In this document: positions 37,373 to 46,633 of the stretch, one piece after another
Layout of the letters: each line of letters begins with the position of its first letter
Numbering within the stretch: the first letter of the stretch is position 1
Source: an uncultured Thermoleophilia bacterium
Lineage (GTDB): Bacteria > Actinomycetota > Thermoleophilia > UBA2241
Direction: 5' to 3'
NCBI GenBank assembly: GCA_963777895.1
Contig: CAVZSF010000003.1
Span: 205,832-269,831 of the forward strand
DNA: 64,000 bases
Position numbers and translations under genes: made by a program
Notes under the pieces: model-generated
Database searches by the model: none
Seen by the model: the letters and a program-made list of their open reading frames with translations, nothing else
What the model was told of the DNA's origin: nothing

Positions 37373-38982
37373 GCCTGCACCTCCTCCTTCGCGCGGACCG
37401 ACTCGCCGGGCGGCGGCCCGGTCGGCGGTCCGCTCATGCGGCCGTCGCGGAGAGCGGCGAAGAACGGGTTGAAGTAGTCGTCGCTCACCTTGAAGACGCC
37501 CTCAACGCCGCGGCCGCCGTCGGGCTCGCGCTCGACGTCGGCGAACTCGCCCTTCTCGAGCGCCGCGAACAGGCCGATCTCGCGCACGTGCTCGATCTGC
37601 TCGACGGCCTCGGTGAGGACCTCGCCGGCGCGGCGCTCGATCATGCCGCCGGCCTTGAAGGTGACCTCGTCGCCGAGGTGGCGGCAGCCCTCGAAGAGGT
37701 ACTTTGCGTTCTTGATCGAGACGTAGCGGTCCTGCAGCAGCGGCGTGTGCAGGGCCTCGGTGAGCATCCCGAGCAGCATGACGTCCTGGCCGGTAAAGAT
37801 GCCCGTGAAGTTGAACATCGCGTCGATGATGTGGCCCTGGAAGACGTCGCCCGGCATGTACTTGGTGGGCGGCATGTACTTGGGTGAGGCTTCCGGGAAG
37901 AGCTCGCGCACGAGCAGGGCGTCGGCGACCTGGTAGACGACCTGGTCGGGGATCGCGGGGTTGATCTCGAAGGCGTGCCCAAGGCCCATCTGCCACTTCT
38001 CGAGGTTGGCGTGCAGGGCGAAGGCCTCGTTGATGAAGTCCGAGGCGATGACTGTGTAGCCCTTCTCGAAGGCGTCGGCAGTGGTGAGGTAGTTGTCCTC
38101 GCCGGTGTTGATGATGATGCCCGCACGCGCGTTGAGCAGCCTGGCGAGGTACTGGTCGACGAAGGTGCGCCGCATGTTGATGTTGCGGAAGATGATGCCG
38201 TACAGGGAGTCGTTGAGCATCATGTCGAGACGCTCGATCGATCCCATGTAGGCGATCTCCGGCATGCAGAGGCCGCTCGCGTAGTTGCAGAGGCGGATGT
38301 ATCGGCCGAGCTCCTCGCCGACCTCGTCGAGGCCCTCGCGCATGAGGCGGAAGTTCTCCTGGGTGGCGTAGGTCCCGCCGAAGCCTTCGGTCGTGAGGCC
38401 GTACGGCACGTAGTCGAGCAGGCTCTGCGCCGTGGTGCGGATGACGGCGACCACGTCGGCGCCGGCCCGTGCGGCGGCCTTGGCCTGCACGACGTCCTCG
38501 TGGATGTTGCCGGTGGCGACGATCACGTACACGTACGGGCGCAGCGGCTCGCCGATACGGGCGACGAGCTCGTTGCGGCGCTCGCGTACGGCGTCGATGC
38601 GCGCCACGCCCTCGCGGGCGAGCTCGGTTCCGCGCGCCTCGACCGCGGCGCGGCGCTCGGCCGGCACGCCGGCCAGCGTGAGCTCGCCGCGGGCGACGCC
38701 CTCGGCCACTTCCTGGGCGCCCTTGCCGCTCCGTACCATGAGGTCGACAAACGGCCGCATGATGCCGGCGGGCAGCAGGTCGCGGGCGTGCTCGACGACG
38801 ACGTTGACCAGCGGCACGTCGATCTCGTTCACGCCGGTGATGCCGAGCAGGCGCAGCGTAGCGCGCTCGGTGGAGTCGGTCGTGTGGGCCTCGATGTGCT
38901 GCTGGATGTCGTCGGCGATCGCCGCCGCGGCATCCCGGGCCCGGGCGACCAGCTTCTGGTCTACATTGATGCGTTGGGTCAC
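37369..38982 (-). CDS. kamD: Lysine 5,6-aminomutase alpha subunit
   Basis: YVIVATGNIHED, VIRTTAQSLLDYVPYG, NYASGLCMPEI, NTGEDNY, KYMPPTK; GTG start 38982. Confidence 0.94.
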   Translation of the reverse strand: MTQRINVDQKLVARARDAAAAIADDIQQHIEAHTTDSTERATLRLLGITGVNEIDVPLVNVVVEHARDLLPAGIMRPFVDLMVRSGKGAQEVAEGVARGELTLAGVPAERRAAVEARGTELAREGVARIDAVRERRNELVARIGEPLRPYVYVIVATGNIHEDVVQAKAAARAGADVVAVIRTTAQSLLDYVPYGLTTEGFGGTYATQENFRLMREGLDEVGEELGRYIRLCNYASGLCMPEIAYMGSIERLDMMLNDSLYGIIFRNINMRRTFVDQYLARLLNARAGIIINTGEDNYLTTADAFEKGYTVIASDFINEAFALHANLEKWQMGLGHAFEINPAIPDQVVYQVADALLVRELFPEASPKYMPPTKYMPGDVFQGHIIDAMFNFTGIFTGQDVMLLGMLTEALHTPLLQDRYVSIKNAKYLFEGCRHLGDEVTFKAGGMIERRAGEVLTEAVEQIEHVREIGLFAALEKGEFADVEREPDGGRGVEGVFKVSDDYFNPFFAALRDGRMSGPPTGPPPGESVRAKEEVQA

Positions 38983-38998
38983 TTGACCACCTTCCTCC

Positions 38999-40129
38999 TC
39001 AGGCGGGGACGGCGGGGGCGGCCGCGGTCTCGCCGTCCGGCATCGAGGCCAGACCATTGACGACGTCGAAGAGCGGCGCTCTGTCGCCCAGCGCCTCGCT
39101 CAATGCGTTGAAGAACACCTTCGGCTGGTACGGTTGCGGCACCCGGAAGGGGTTGACCGTGACGGCCAGCACGCGCAGAGGCCTCTGGACCTCGAGCGCG
39201 ATCCCGCGCCGGCGGAAGAGCGCGACCGTGGCGGCCGGCAGCACCAGCACGGTCGCGTCGCGTACCACGATGCGCAGGGTGCGGCGGGGCGGCAGCACGC
39301 GGGTGAAGTCCTCGACGAAGTCCCGCGTGAGAGCCCCGCCGATGAGCAGCGTCTCCGCACCGAGCCGTTCGACTTCACGCGCGACCGTGACGCCCTCGCC
39401 GATCACCGTGTCGACGTTCAGCGCCGTGGCCGTGCCGCTCTCGTCCACGGCCACGGCCCGGGCCGTCTGCTGCAGCCCGGCGTCGACCTGGGCGAGCGTG
39501 GCGGCGGAGACCTGGGGCAAGGTCAGCATGTCGTAGGTGTCGACGGTCGTCTCGATCACCTCGGGCAGGGTGTCGCCGACCATTCCGCCGGTCGCGACGA
39601 CCACCGCCTCGGAGACGCGCGGCGAGGCGCTCCCCAGCCTGTTGATGGCGCCGTCGACGAGGACCTGGCCGGCGCCGTGGACGCCGAGGCGCTCGACGGT
39701 CGTGCGCAGCTCCGCCAGCGTGGTGGGTCCGCTGACCTCGACCTCACCCTCGCCGGCGCGGCCGATGACCACGCGGCCGAGCGGCGTGACGAAGGGCAGC
39801 TCCTCGAGCACCTCGAGGTCGTAGTGCGAGCGGTCGAGCGAGCCTCTCGTCGTTGCGACCAGGGTGCCTCGCGGTGGCGCGATGCGGGGCTTGGCGAGAC
39901 CGGTGAGGTGATCGACCTTCTCGCCGTCGAGCCCGAGCGACGTGAGCCCGTAGACGCGGCCGTCGTGAGCGAGCAGGGCGTTGACGACGGTCGTCTTGCC
40001 GGCGTTCTTGACGAGGCCGATGACGGCGACGGCGCGCGCGTCTGAGTCGGCGATGAGGTCGGAGAGCGCGGCGATCGTGACCGCGTCCGCGCCGCGCTCG
40101 CCCATCGCCACGGCGCGTCCGCAGCTCAT
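38999..40129 (-). CDS. KamB-like lysine 5,6-aminomutase reactivase subunit
   Basis: GLVKNAGKTT P-loop, LTSLGLDGE, TPLG, LVDGAINR, VTVNP; directly upstream of kamD; ATGA-coupled to the regulator. Confidence 0.72.
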   Translation of the reverse strand: MSCGRAVAMGERGADAVTIAALSDLIADSDARAVAVIGLVKNAGKTTVVNALLAHDGRVYGLTSLGLDGEKVDHLTGLAKPRIAPPRGTLVATTRGSLDRSHYDLEVLEELPFVTPLGRVVIGRAGEGEVEVSGPTTLAELRTTVERLGVHGAGQVLVDGAINRLGSASPRVSEAVVVATGGMVGDTLPEVIETTVDTYDMLTLPQVSAATLAQVDAGLQQTARAVAVDESGTATALNVDTVIGEGVTVAREVERLGAETLLIGGALTRDFVEDFTRVLPPRRTLRIVVRDATVLVLPAATVALFRRRGIALEVQRPLRVLAVTVNPFRVPQPYQPKVFFNALSEALGDRAPLFDVVNGLASMPDGETAAAPAVPA

Positions 40130-40851
40130 CGAGCGCCTCCGGCCTGCGCCGCGGCGGCCTGTGCGCGCGCGGCTTCTGCGGGCCCGGCATCGCCGGGGCG
40201 GCGGATCTCCTTGAGGTAGCTGAAGATGGTGTAGCGCGAGAGGTCGAGGGCGTCGGCGATCTGCTCGGCCGAGCGCTTCACGAGGAAGGCGCCGCGCTCC
40301 TCGAGCCGCTTCACGACCTCCATCTTCTCTTCCCGCGACATCATGGCCGGGGTCTTGCCCATCTCGTTGAGGATCTTGGTGACCATGCCGGCGACGACGT
40401 CGCGGATGTCGCCCGCGAAGATCTCTTCGGCCGGCGCCGCCTCGCCGCCGAGGCGTCCGACCGCGGCCAGGTTCGCGAGCGTACGCTGCGACTGAACGAT
40501 GCCGGAGACGTCGAAGTTGAGGCCGAGGATGCCGAACACCGAACCGTCGTCGTCGCGCAGGGTGACGGCGAGCGACTTGAGCACCTTGCCGTCGCTCGAC
40601 GTCACGTAAAGACGGACGTCGGGGCCACCCTCGGAGGCCTGTCGGAGGGAGCGCAGCATCAGGTCGGTGGGAACGTCGCCGACGGTGCGGCCGGTGACGT
40701 GGCCGTTCTCGATGGCGATGATGGAATGCGGCAGGCGGCCGATGTCGTGCAGCACGACCTCGCAGTCGTTGCCGAACATCTCGGCAAGGCCCTGCACGAG
40801 CGGCAGGAGGGGCTTCATGCGCGGGTCGAGCGACTGCCTGACCACAACCAC
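40126..40851 (-). CDS. YheO/DauR-like PAS + HTH transcriptional regulator
   Basis: CEVVLHD, IENGHVTGRTVG, LKS, GILGLN, GAFLVKRS, SRYTIFSYL. Confidence 0.9.
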   Translation of the reverse strand: MVVVRQSLDPRMKPLLPLVQGLAEMFGNDCEVVLHDIGRLPHSIIAIENGHVTGRTVGDVPTDLMLRSLRQASEGGPDVRLYVTSSDGKVLKSLAVTLRDDDGSVFGILGLNFDVSGIVQSQRTLANLAAVGRLGGEAAPAEEIFAGDIRDVVAGMVTKILNEMGKTPAMMSREEKMEVVKRLEERGAFLVKRSAEQIADALDLSRYTIFSYLKEIRRPGDAGPAEAARAQAAAAQAGGAR

Positions 40852-40901
40852 GCTCCATCGGGAGATTCCACGGCTCCCAAGGCGCAGCGCCTTGGAGGTC
40901 C

Positions 40902-40931
40902 TTTCTATCTCACGGGAGGGTGGCTTGTCAA
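40902..40931 (-). promoter_or_regulatory. Sigma70-type promoter of the lysine-catabolism operon
   Basis: Minus strand TTGACA-18 nt-TAGAAA, preceded by a T-tract. Confidence 0.6.
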
Positions 40932-41038
40932 AAAAAGTCTAGGCCATACCCGCTTTAGTGGCGAACCCTTGCCCGCGGGGCGGGATGATGAGATTTGGGG
41001 GTACCCACGCCGCTGACGAGCAGGCCCATTCCCTTGCC

Positions 41039-42217
41039 TTAGCTGTTCTGAGGCCGCTCGCCAAGGGTGACGTCGACCGTCATCGTCTTCCCGTCTCGCA
41101 CCAGGGTCAGGGTGACCTGGTCGCCGGGCTGCTTCTCGGCGAGATAGGAGAGGAGGTCGTTGAAGCTGGTCACTGTCTGGTCGTCGATCTTTGTGATGAC
41201 GTCCCCACCGACAACGTACTGCTGGCCCTGGACGGTCACGGTGTCGGTGCCGCCCTGCACGCCGGCCTTGGCCGCCGGGCTGCCGTCGGCGACGGTCGCG
41301 ACGAGGACGCCGCTGTCGACCGGTAGATCGAAGGTCCGGGCGACGTCGGGAACGAGCGTGCGACCGGAGATGCCGAGCCAGGCGTACTTGACCTCGCCGC
41401 TCTTCTTGAGCTGCTCCATGGAGCGGATCGCCGTGTTGATCGGCACGGCGAAGCCGAGACCCTCGTTGCCCCCGCTCTGGGTCGCGATCTGCTCGTTGAT
41501 CCCGATGACTTGTCCCCTCGTGTTGATGAGAGGTCCTCCGGAGTTGCCGGGGTTGATGGCGGCGTCGGTCTGGATGGCGTTCGGGATGGTCGTGTCGTTG
41601 GGCGCCTGGATACTGCGGCCCACCGCCGAGACGATGCCCGACGTGATGGAGAAGTCGTAGCCGAGAGGGTTGCCGATGGCCACGACCGGTTCGCCCACGA
41701 CGACCTTCGACGAGTCGCCGAGCGGCAGCGGGAGCAGGTCCACCTTGTTCGGGTCGACCTTGATGATGGCGACGTCGCTGTCCTGGTCGACGCCGGTGAG
41801 CTCGCCGTTCACCTCGACGTCCTGCTCGCCCTGCCGCTTGAACACCACCGTCACCTTCTGCGCGGTCTGGCCTTGTTCGCTCACCACGTGCGCGTTGGTC
41901 AGGATGTAGCCGTCCTTGGAGGCGACGAACCCCGTGCCGAGTGCCTGGGCCGCCTGCGACTGGCCGAAGGGATCGAAGCCCGACGATGCGAACTCGGCGC
42001 GGACCATCACGACGCCCGCCGAGACCCTGCTGTAGATCTGGGCCGGCGAGAGCCCGTCACCGGACGTCGTGGTAGACGCCGGCATCTCCGCCGGCTGGAC
42101 GACGGTGGTGGTCTGGCTCTCGCCGAAGCCGAAGGCGAGCACCAGCACGAGGATCAGCAGCGCGGCGCCCACGGCGCCGCCGACGATTCCGAGAACGAAC
42201 CCTCTTTGTCTGGACAT
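41039..42217 (-). CDS. HtrA/DegP-like membrane-anchored serine protease with PDZ domain
   Basis: N-terminal TM, LTNAHV, DVAIIK, QTDAAINPGNSGGPL, C-terminal PDZ. Confidence 0.94.
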   Translation of the reverse strand: MSRQRGFVLGIVGGAVGAALLILVLVLAFGFGESQTTTVVQPAEMPASTTTSGDGLSPAQIYSRVSAGVVMVRAEFASSGFDPFGQSQAAQALGTGFVASKDGYILTNAHVVSEQGQTAQKVTVVFKRQGEQDVEVNGELTGVDQDSDVAIIKVDPNKVDLLPLPLGDSSKVVVGEPVVAIGNPLGYDFSITSGIVSAVGRSIQAPNDTTIPNAIQTDAAINPGNSGGPLINTRGQVIGINEQIATQSGGNEGLGFAVPINTAIRSMEQLKKSGEVKYAWLGISGRTLVPDVARTFDLPVDSGVLVATVADGSPAAKAGVQGGTDTVTVQGQQYVVGGDVITKIDDQTVTSFNDLLSYLAEKQPGDQVTLTLVRDGKTMTVDVTLGERPQNS

Positions 42218-42304
42218 CTGGTCGCGACCCCTTCCGTCGGTGGCACGCGGCACTGCGCTCCGGCCGCGGTCACGCGCTCTAGACTACCCGCTGCCGAGCA
42301 TCCC

Positions 42305-44119
42305 TCAAGCCTGCGCGCCCCCGGGACGCCGGCGCGGACTCGACCTGGGCTGGCGGCGCGGGAGCCGGACGGTGAACACCGCGCCGCCCTGCTCGCCTGA
42401 AGAGGCGGCGATGGTCCCGCCCATCAGCTCGGTGAGCTCGCGCGCGATCGAGAGCCCCAATCCGGCTCCCGCCGTGGAGGCGCGCTCTTGGCGGCCGCGG
42501 TGGAAGCGCTCGAAGACCCTCGGGAGGTCCTCAGCCGGGATGCCCGGACCGGTGTCGCTCACTGCGAGCGTCGCCGTCCGAGCATCGCCGCCGACGGCGA
42601 TGCTGACGGCGCTGTGCGGCGGCGAGAACTTCACGGCGTTGTCGACGAGGGCGCGCAGCACCTGCGCGAGACGCTCCTCGTCGCACCAGGCCGTGACGGG
42701 CTCGCCGCCGTTCTCGACGGTCATGGCGAGCTCCTTGGCCTGCGCCTGCGTCTGGAACTCGTCAAGCACGGAGCGCGCCACCGTCTGCAGTTCGACGCTC
42801 GCGGGGGCAAGCTCTATGGAGCCTGCCTCGACGCGCGAGAGGTCGAGCATGCTCACGGCGAGGTTGCGCAGCCGATCCACCTGCTGCCGCATCAGCTGCA
42901 GGAACTCGTGGCGCTCGTCCTCACTGAGGCTGCCCTCGTCGAGGAGCTCGAGGAAGCCGGCCAGCGAGAAGAGCGGCGTCTTGAACTCGTGGGACGCGTT
43001 GGCGATGAAGTCCCGACGGGCGCGCTCGAGCTTGGCCTGCGCGGTCACGTCACGCAGCACGATGATCGAGGTGAAGTCGGCCTCGCCGCCGACGGGATAG
43101 GTCGACGCCTCCATGGTGCGCTCCCCGTGCATGAAGACGACCTCGTGGACGTCGCCGCCGCGACGCGACTCGTACCACATGTTCGCGACATCGTAGGGGA
43201 AGGCGCTGCCGAGCTCGGCGCCGACCGGCAGTTCGCGGCCGAGGAGTTCGGCCGCGGCGGGGTTGGTGATCGTGACGTGGCCGTCTGCCGAGATGCCGAT
43301 CACTCCTTCGCTGAGGTCGTTCAGCAGGATCTCGATGCGGTCCTTCTCCTCGGCGATCTCGCCGAAGGCCTCCCGCAGGCGCCCGGCCATCGCGTTGAAG
43401 GCGCCGGCCAACTGGCCGACCTCGTCCTCGATCCCCACCGGCACGCTCACCGAGAGGTCGCCGGCGGAGATCGCCTCGGCGCTCGCCTCGATGCGCTTCA
43501 GGCGGCCTGCCACGAAGGTCGAGACGACGTAGCTGGCGACGAGGGCGACGAGCAGGGCGAGGGCGGTGGCCAGCAGCAGCTGGCGCTGTACGCTGGCCAC
43601 CGCCCTGTCGACATCGTCGAGCGGGACCAGAACGAGCACGACGCCGGCCACCGACTCGGACGTCCCCTGCACGAGCAGCGGCACGGCGGTGGCCGCGTAG
43701 CGGCCCCCCGCCGTCTTCACCACGCCCTGCTCCACGGCCCCTGTGCGCAGGGCGTCCTTGTAGACGGGGAAGCCGGCCGGGTCGAAGGGATCGGTGCCAC
43801 TCGAGTCGGCCCGCACCGTCCTGCCGCGATCGATCAGTACCACGCGCGCGTTCCACTTCATGCCGAGCCGGGCGATGACCTGGGCGAGAGCGTCCTCGTC
43901 GCGGATCGTGATGGCGCCCGTCTTGCTGTCGTAGGACGCGAACGTCGAGACGGTTAGGCTGGCTTCGTCGGCGTTGCCGGCCATGTCGGCGAGCTTGAGG
44001 CTCTCCAGGCGCGAGCCCAGGGGCGGCACCACGTAGACCCAGGCCACCAGCATGGCGAGCGCCACCAAGCCGACGACCAGCAGCGTGAGCCAGTTCTTGA
44101 CCGAGCGCAGGATCACCAT
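42305..44119 (-). CDS. Sensor histidine kinase (2 TM, HAMP, PAS-like, HisKA, HATPase)
   Basis: DEVGQLAGAFNAM, NASHEFKTPL, DNAVKF, DTGPGI, GAGLGLSI. Confidence 0.93.
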   Translation of the reverse strand: MVILRSVKNWLTLLVVGLVALAMLVAWVYVVPPLGSRLESLKLADMAGNADEASLTVSTFASYDSKTGAITIRDEDALAQVIARLGMKWNARVVLIDRGRTVRADSSGTDPFDPAGFPVYKDALRTGAVEQGVVKTAGGRYAATAVPLLVQGTSESVAGVVLVLVPLDDVDRAVASVQRQLLLATALALLVALVASYVVSTFVAGRLKRIEASAEAISAGDLSVSVPVGIEDEVGQLAGAFNAMAGRLREAFGEIAEEKDRIEILLNDLSEGVIGISADGHVTITNPAAAELLGRELPVGAELGSAFPYDVANMWYESRRGGDVHEVVFMHGERTMEASTYPVGGEADFTSIIVLRDVTAQAKLERARRDFIANASHEFKTPLFSLAGFLELLDEGSLSEDERHEFLQLMRQQVDRLRNLAVSMLDLSRVEAGSIELAPASVELQTVARSVLDEFQTQAQAKELAMTVENGGEPVTAWCDEERLAQVLRALVDNAVKFSPPHSAVSIAVGGDARTATLAVSDTGPGIPAEDLPRVFERFHRGRQERASTAGAGLGLSIARELTELMGGTIAASSGEQGGAVFTVRLPRRQPRSSPRRRPGGAQA

Positions 44120-44165
44120 GGCGGCGTGGCGGGGATGGCAGACCTCGGGCGGAGGCGCTCGGGCC

Positions 44166-44873
44166 TCAGAACTCGCGGAACTTGTAGCCGATGTTCCGCA
44201 CCGTGAAGATGAACTCCGGGTCCTTCGGGTTGCCCTCGAGCTTCTCGCGCAGGTGGCGGATGTGCACGTCCACGGTGCGCGCGTCGCGGTAGTCGGAGTC
44301 TCCCCAGACGAGCTGGAGCAGCAAGGGACGGCTGTACACGCGGCCGGGGTGTGAGACCAGCGTCTTGAGGATCTCGAATTCGATGTAGGTGAGGTCGACC
44401 TTGGCGCCGCGCACCGCGACGTTGCGCTTGAGCAGGTCGACCTCGAGGTCGTCGACCTTGATGACGTCCTTGCGGGCCGCCTCGGCGCTCCGGCTCATCT
44501 CTGCGCGCCGCAACTGGGCGCGCACCCTGCTGCGGAACTCGCGCAGGCTGAAGCGGTCCTTCGTGATGTAGTCGTCGGCGCCGATCTCGAGACCGAGGAC
44601 CTTGTCGAACTCGTCCGACTTGGCGGTCAGCATCACGATGGGCACGATGCTCTGCGCGCGGATGCGGCGGCACACCTCCATGCCGTCCACGCGCGGCAGC
44701 ATCAGGTCGAGGATCACGAGGTCGAAGCGCTCGCCGGAGAACGTCTCGAGCGCCTCCTCCCCGTCCCGCGCGGTCACGACCTGGTACCCCTCCTTCTCGA
44801 GGGGGAAGCGGAGCAGCTTGAGGATCGCTTCCTCATCGTCGACCAGCAGGATCCTCGCACCCGTTTCGTTCAT
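44166..44873 (-). CDS. OmpR/PhoB family response regulator
   Basis: LLVDDE, ILDLMLP, MLTAK, LTYIEFEIL, RTVDVHIRHLREKLE. Confidence 0.95.
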   Translation of the reverse strand: MNETGARILLVDDEEAILKLLRFPLEKEGYQVVTARDGEEALETFSGERFDLVILDLMLPRVDGMEVCRRIRAQSIVPIVMLTAKSDEFDKVLGLEIGADDYITKDRFSLREFRSRVRAQLRRAEMSRSAEAARKDVIKVDDLEVDLLKRNVAVRGAKVDLTYIEFEILKTLVSHPGRVYSRPLLLQLVWGDSDYRDARTVDVHIRHLREKLEGNPKDPEFIFTVRNIGYKFREF

Positions 44874-45544
44874 CGCGTGTCTCCCTCAGCCTGTGCCGCC
44901 GCGGCTGCGGCCCGGCCGCCCTGGGGCGCGGCCGGCGGGGGCACGAGCGGCCGCGCCCGGAAGCCGGCGCCGACCGCCCGGGCGATCGCCTCGCAGCCCG
45001 GCAGGTCGGCGCCCGGCTGGTCGACCGCCGTGAGCGTTGTCTCGATGCCGTGTCGCACACACTGTTCGGCGAACTGGATGACGGCCCTGTGCGCCTTCGC
45101 GAACGTGGGCCGGCAGAGCTCGTCGTAGGTCTGGGGATCGGCGGCGTTGAGGCTGATCGTGACGGCGTCCAGCCCGACCGCCGCCAAGGCCGCCGGCACG
45201 TCGACGTCGGGATTGAGAAGCCGGCCGTGACCGTTCGTGTCGAGCCGCGCGCGCAGGCGGCGCAGGCGCAGCCACTCGGTCACGGCGAGCACGACGTCCA
45301 GGCGCATGGTCGGTTCGCCGAACCCGCAGAAGACGACCTCGTCGGCGGGTCCGTCCAGAAACTCGAGCTCGATGGCCTGCGTGACCTCGTCGAACTCCGG
45401 CTCGTGGTCGAGCCGAAGGACCTCACCAAAGACGTCGTCGCTGAAGGAACGGAGGCAGAAGCCGCAGTCGCAGGAGCAGCGGTTGGTGATGTTGAGGTAG
45501 ACGTTCCCCTTGCCGCGGTAGGCGATTTTTCCCTGCTCACGCAC
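44870..45544 (-). CDS. TatD-associated-type radical SAM protein
   Basis: YLNITNRCSCDCGFC, EVVFCGFGEPT, RLDTNGHG, ISLNA; GTG start 45544. Confidence 0.85.
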   Translation of the reverse strand: MREQGKIAYRGKGNVYLNITNRCSCDCGFCLRSFSDDVFGEVLRLDHEPEFDEVTQAIELEFLDGPADEVVFCGFGEPTMRLDVVLAVTEWLRLRRLRARLDTNGHGRLLNPDVDVPAALAAVGLDAVTISLNAADPQTYDELCRPTFAKAHRAVIQFAEQCVRHGIETTLTAVDQPGADLPGCEAIARAVGAGFRARPLVPPPAAPQGGRAAAAAAQAEGDTR

Positions 45545-45676
45545 GGCGCGAGTATATCGCAGGGTACAATGGCCGGACGGATGGGCGCCTGGCCGTGCGC
45601 GCCGGCGGCGAACGCCGGTGGCTGGGAGCGCCGATGAGCTGCACGACGGCGACTTCGCTCGCCGCGAAGGGACGTC

Positions 45677-46621
45677 ATGACCGCGACCATCGACCAGCTG
45701 ATCGACCTGTGCGACGGGCTGCGCCGGGTCGTCCTCCCGGCGCTCGGCTCGCACGCCGCGCGCGGGCACGCCGGTGTCGCCGTCGGCGGCGACGTCACCT
45801 TCGGCATCGACGAGCTGGCCGAGGACTATTTGGTCGCCACGATGCGCGAGCGGCTGCCGTCGTGGGCGTTCTACTCGGAGGACGGCGGCCTCCAGGGCTC
45901 GCGCGAGCCGGAGCTGATCCTCGTGGTCGACCCGATCGACGGCACGCGGCCGGCGGCGGCGGGCTTCGAGATGGCGTGCGTCAGCATCGCCGCCGTGCCG
46001 CCCGGGCCGGCTCCCACCATGGGCGACGTGAGCGCCGCCGTCGTCCAGGAGATCAAGAGCGGCGACCGCTTCGTGGCCGAGAAGGGCGGCGGCTACAGCA
46101 TGACGCGTGCCGACGGACGCGACCTGCCGTTCTCGCCGACCGCCCGCGCCGACCTCGAGAGCCTCTTCTGGACGCTCGGCTTCCGCGGCCGGCCGGCCGT
46201 GATCCTCGCGTCCGTCCTGGAGGAGCTCATCGACACCTCATCTGTCGGCGGCTCGGTCTTCGACATCGGCTCGGCGACGTACTCGATCACCCGCATCCTC
46301 ACCGGCCAGCTGGATGCCTACGTCGACATCGGGCCGGCGATCATCGCGGCGCATGCCTCCACCGAGGCGGACTTCCGTCGCGTCGGCCGCGGCAACGTGC
46401 TCTGCAACTCGCCCTACGACCTGGCCGCCGTGCACCTCATCTGCCGGGAGGCGGGCGTCCCGATCGGCGACGCCGATGGACGCCCGCTCGACGACCGCCT
46501 CGTGCTCGGCTCGGACGCGAGCTTCCAGCTCGCCTGCATCGCGTCGGGCAACCCTGCGCTGCAGGGGTTGCTGGTCGAGATCGTCGGGCGCGGGATCGCG
46601 TCGTTTCGCCCGAACGGGTAA
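45677..46621 (+). CDS. Inositol monophosphatase / FBPase-like family protein
   Basis: TFGIDELAE, YSED, VDPIDGT, PYDLAA. Confidence 0.85.
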   Translation: MTATIDQLIDLCDGLRRVVLPALGSHAARGHAGVAVGGDVTFGIDELAEDYLVATMRERLPSWAFYSEDGGLQGSREPELILVVDPIDGTRPAAAGFEMACVSIAAVPPGPAPTMGDVSAAVVQEIKSGDRFVAEKGGGYSMTRADGRDLPFSPTARADLESLFWTLGFRGRPAVILASVLEELIDTSSVGGSVFDIGSATYSITRILTGQLDAYVDIGPAIIAAHASTEADFRRVGRGNVLCNSPYDLAAVHLICREAGVPIGDADGRPLDDRLVLGSDASFQLACIASGNPALQGLLVEIVGRGIASFRPNG

Positions 46622-46633
46622 GAAGCCGAAGCC

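Noticed and set aside
38999-40858. 619-aa ORF implying a long N-terminal extension on the KamB-like protein
   Set aside because: The first ~240 residues are an alternate frame of the YheO-like gene.
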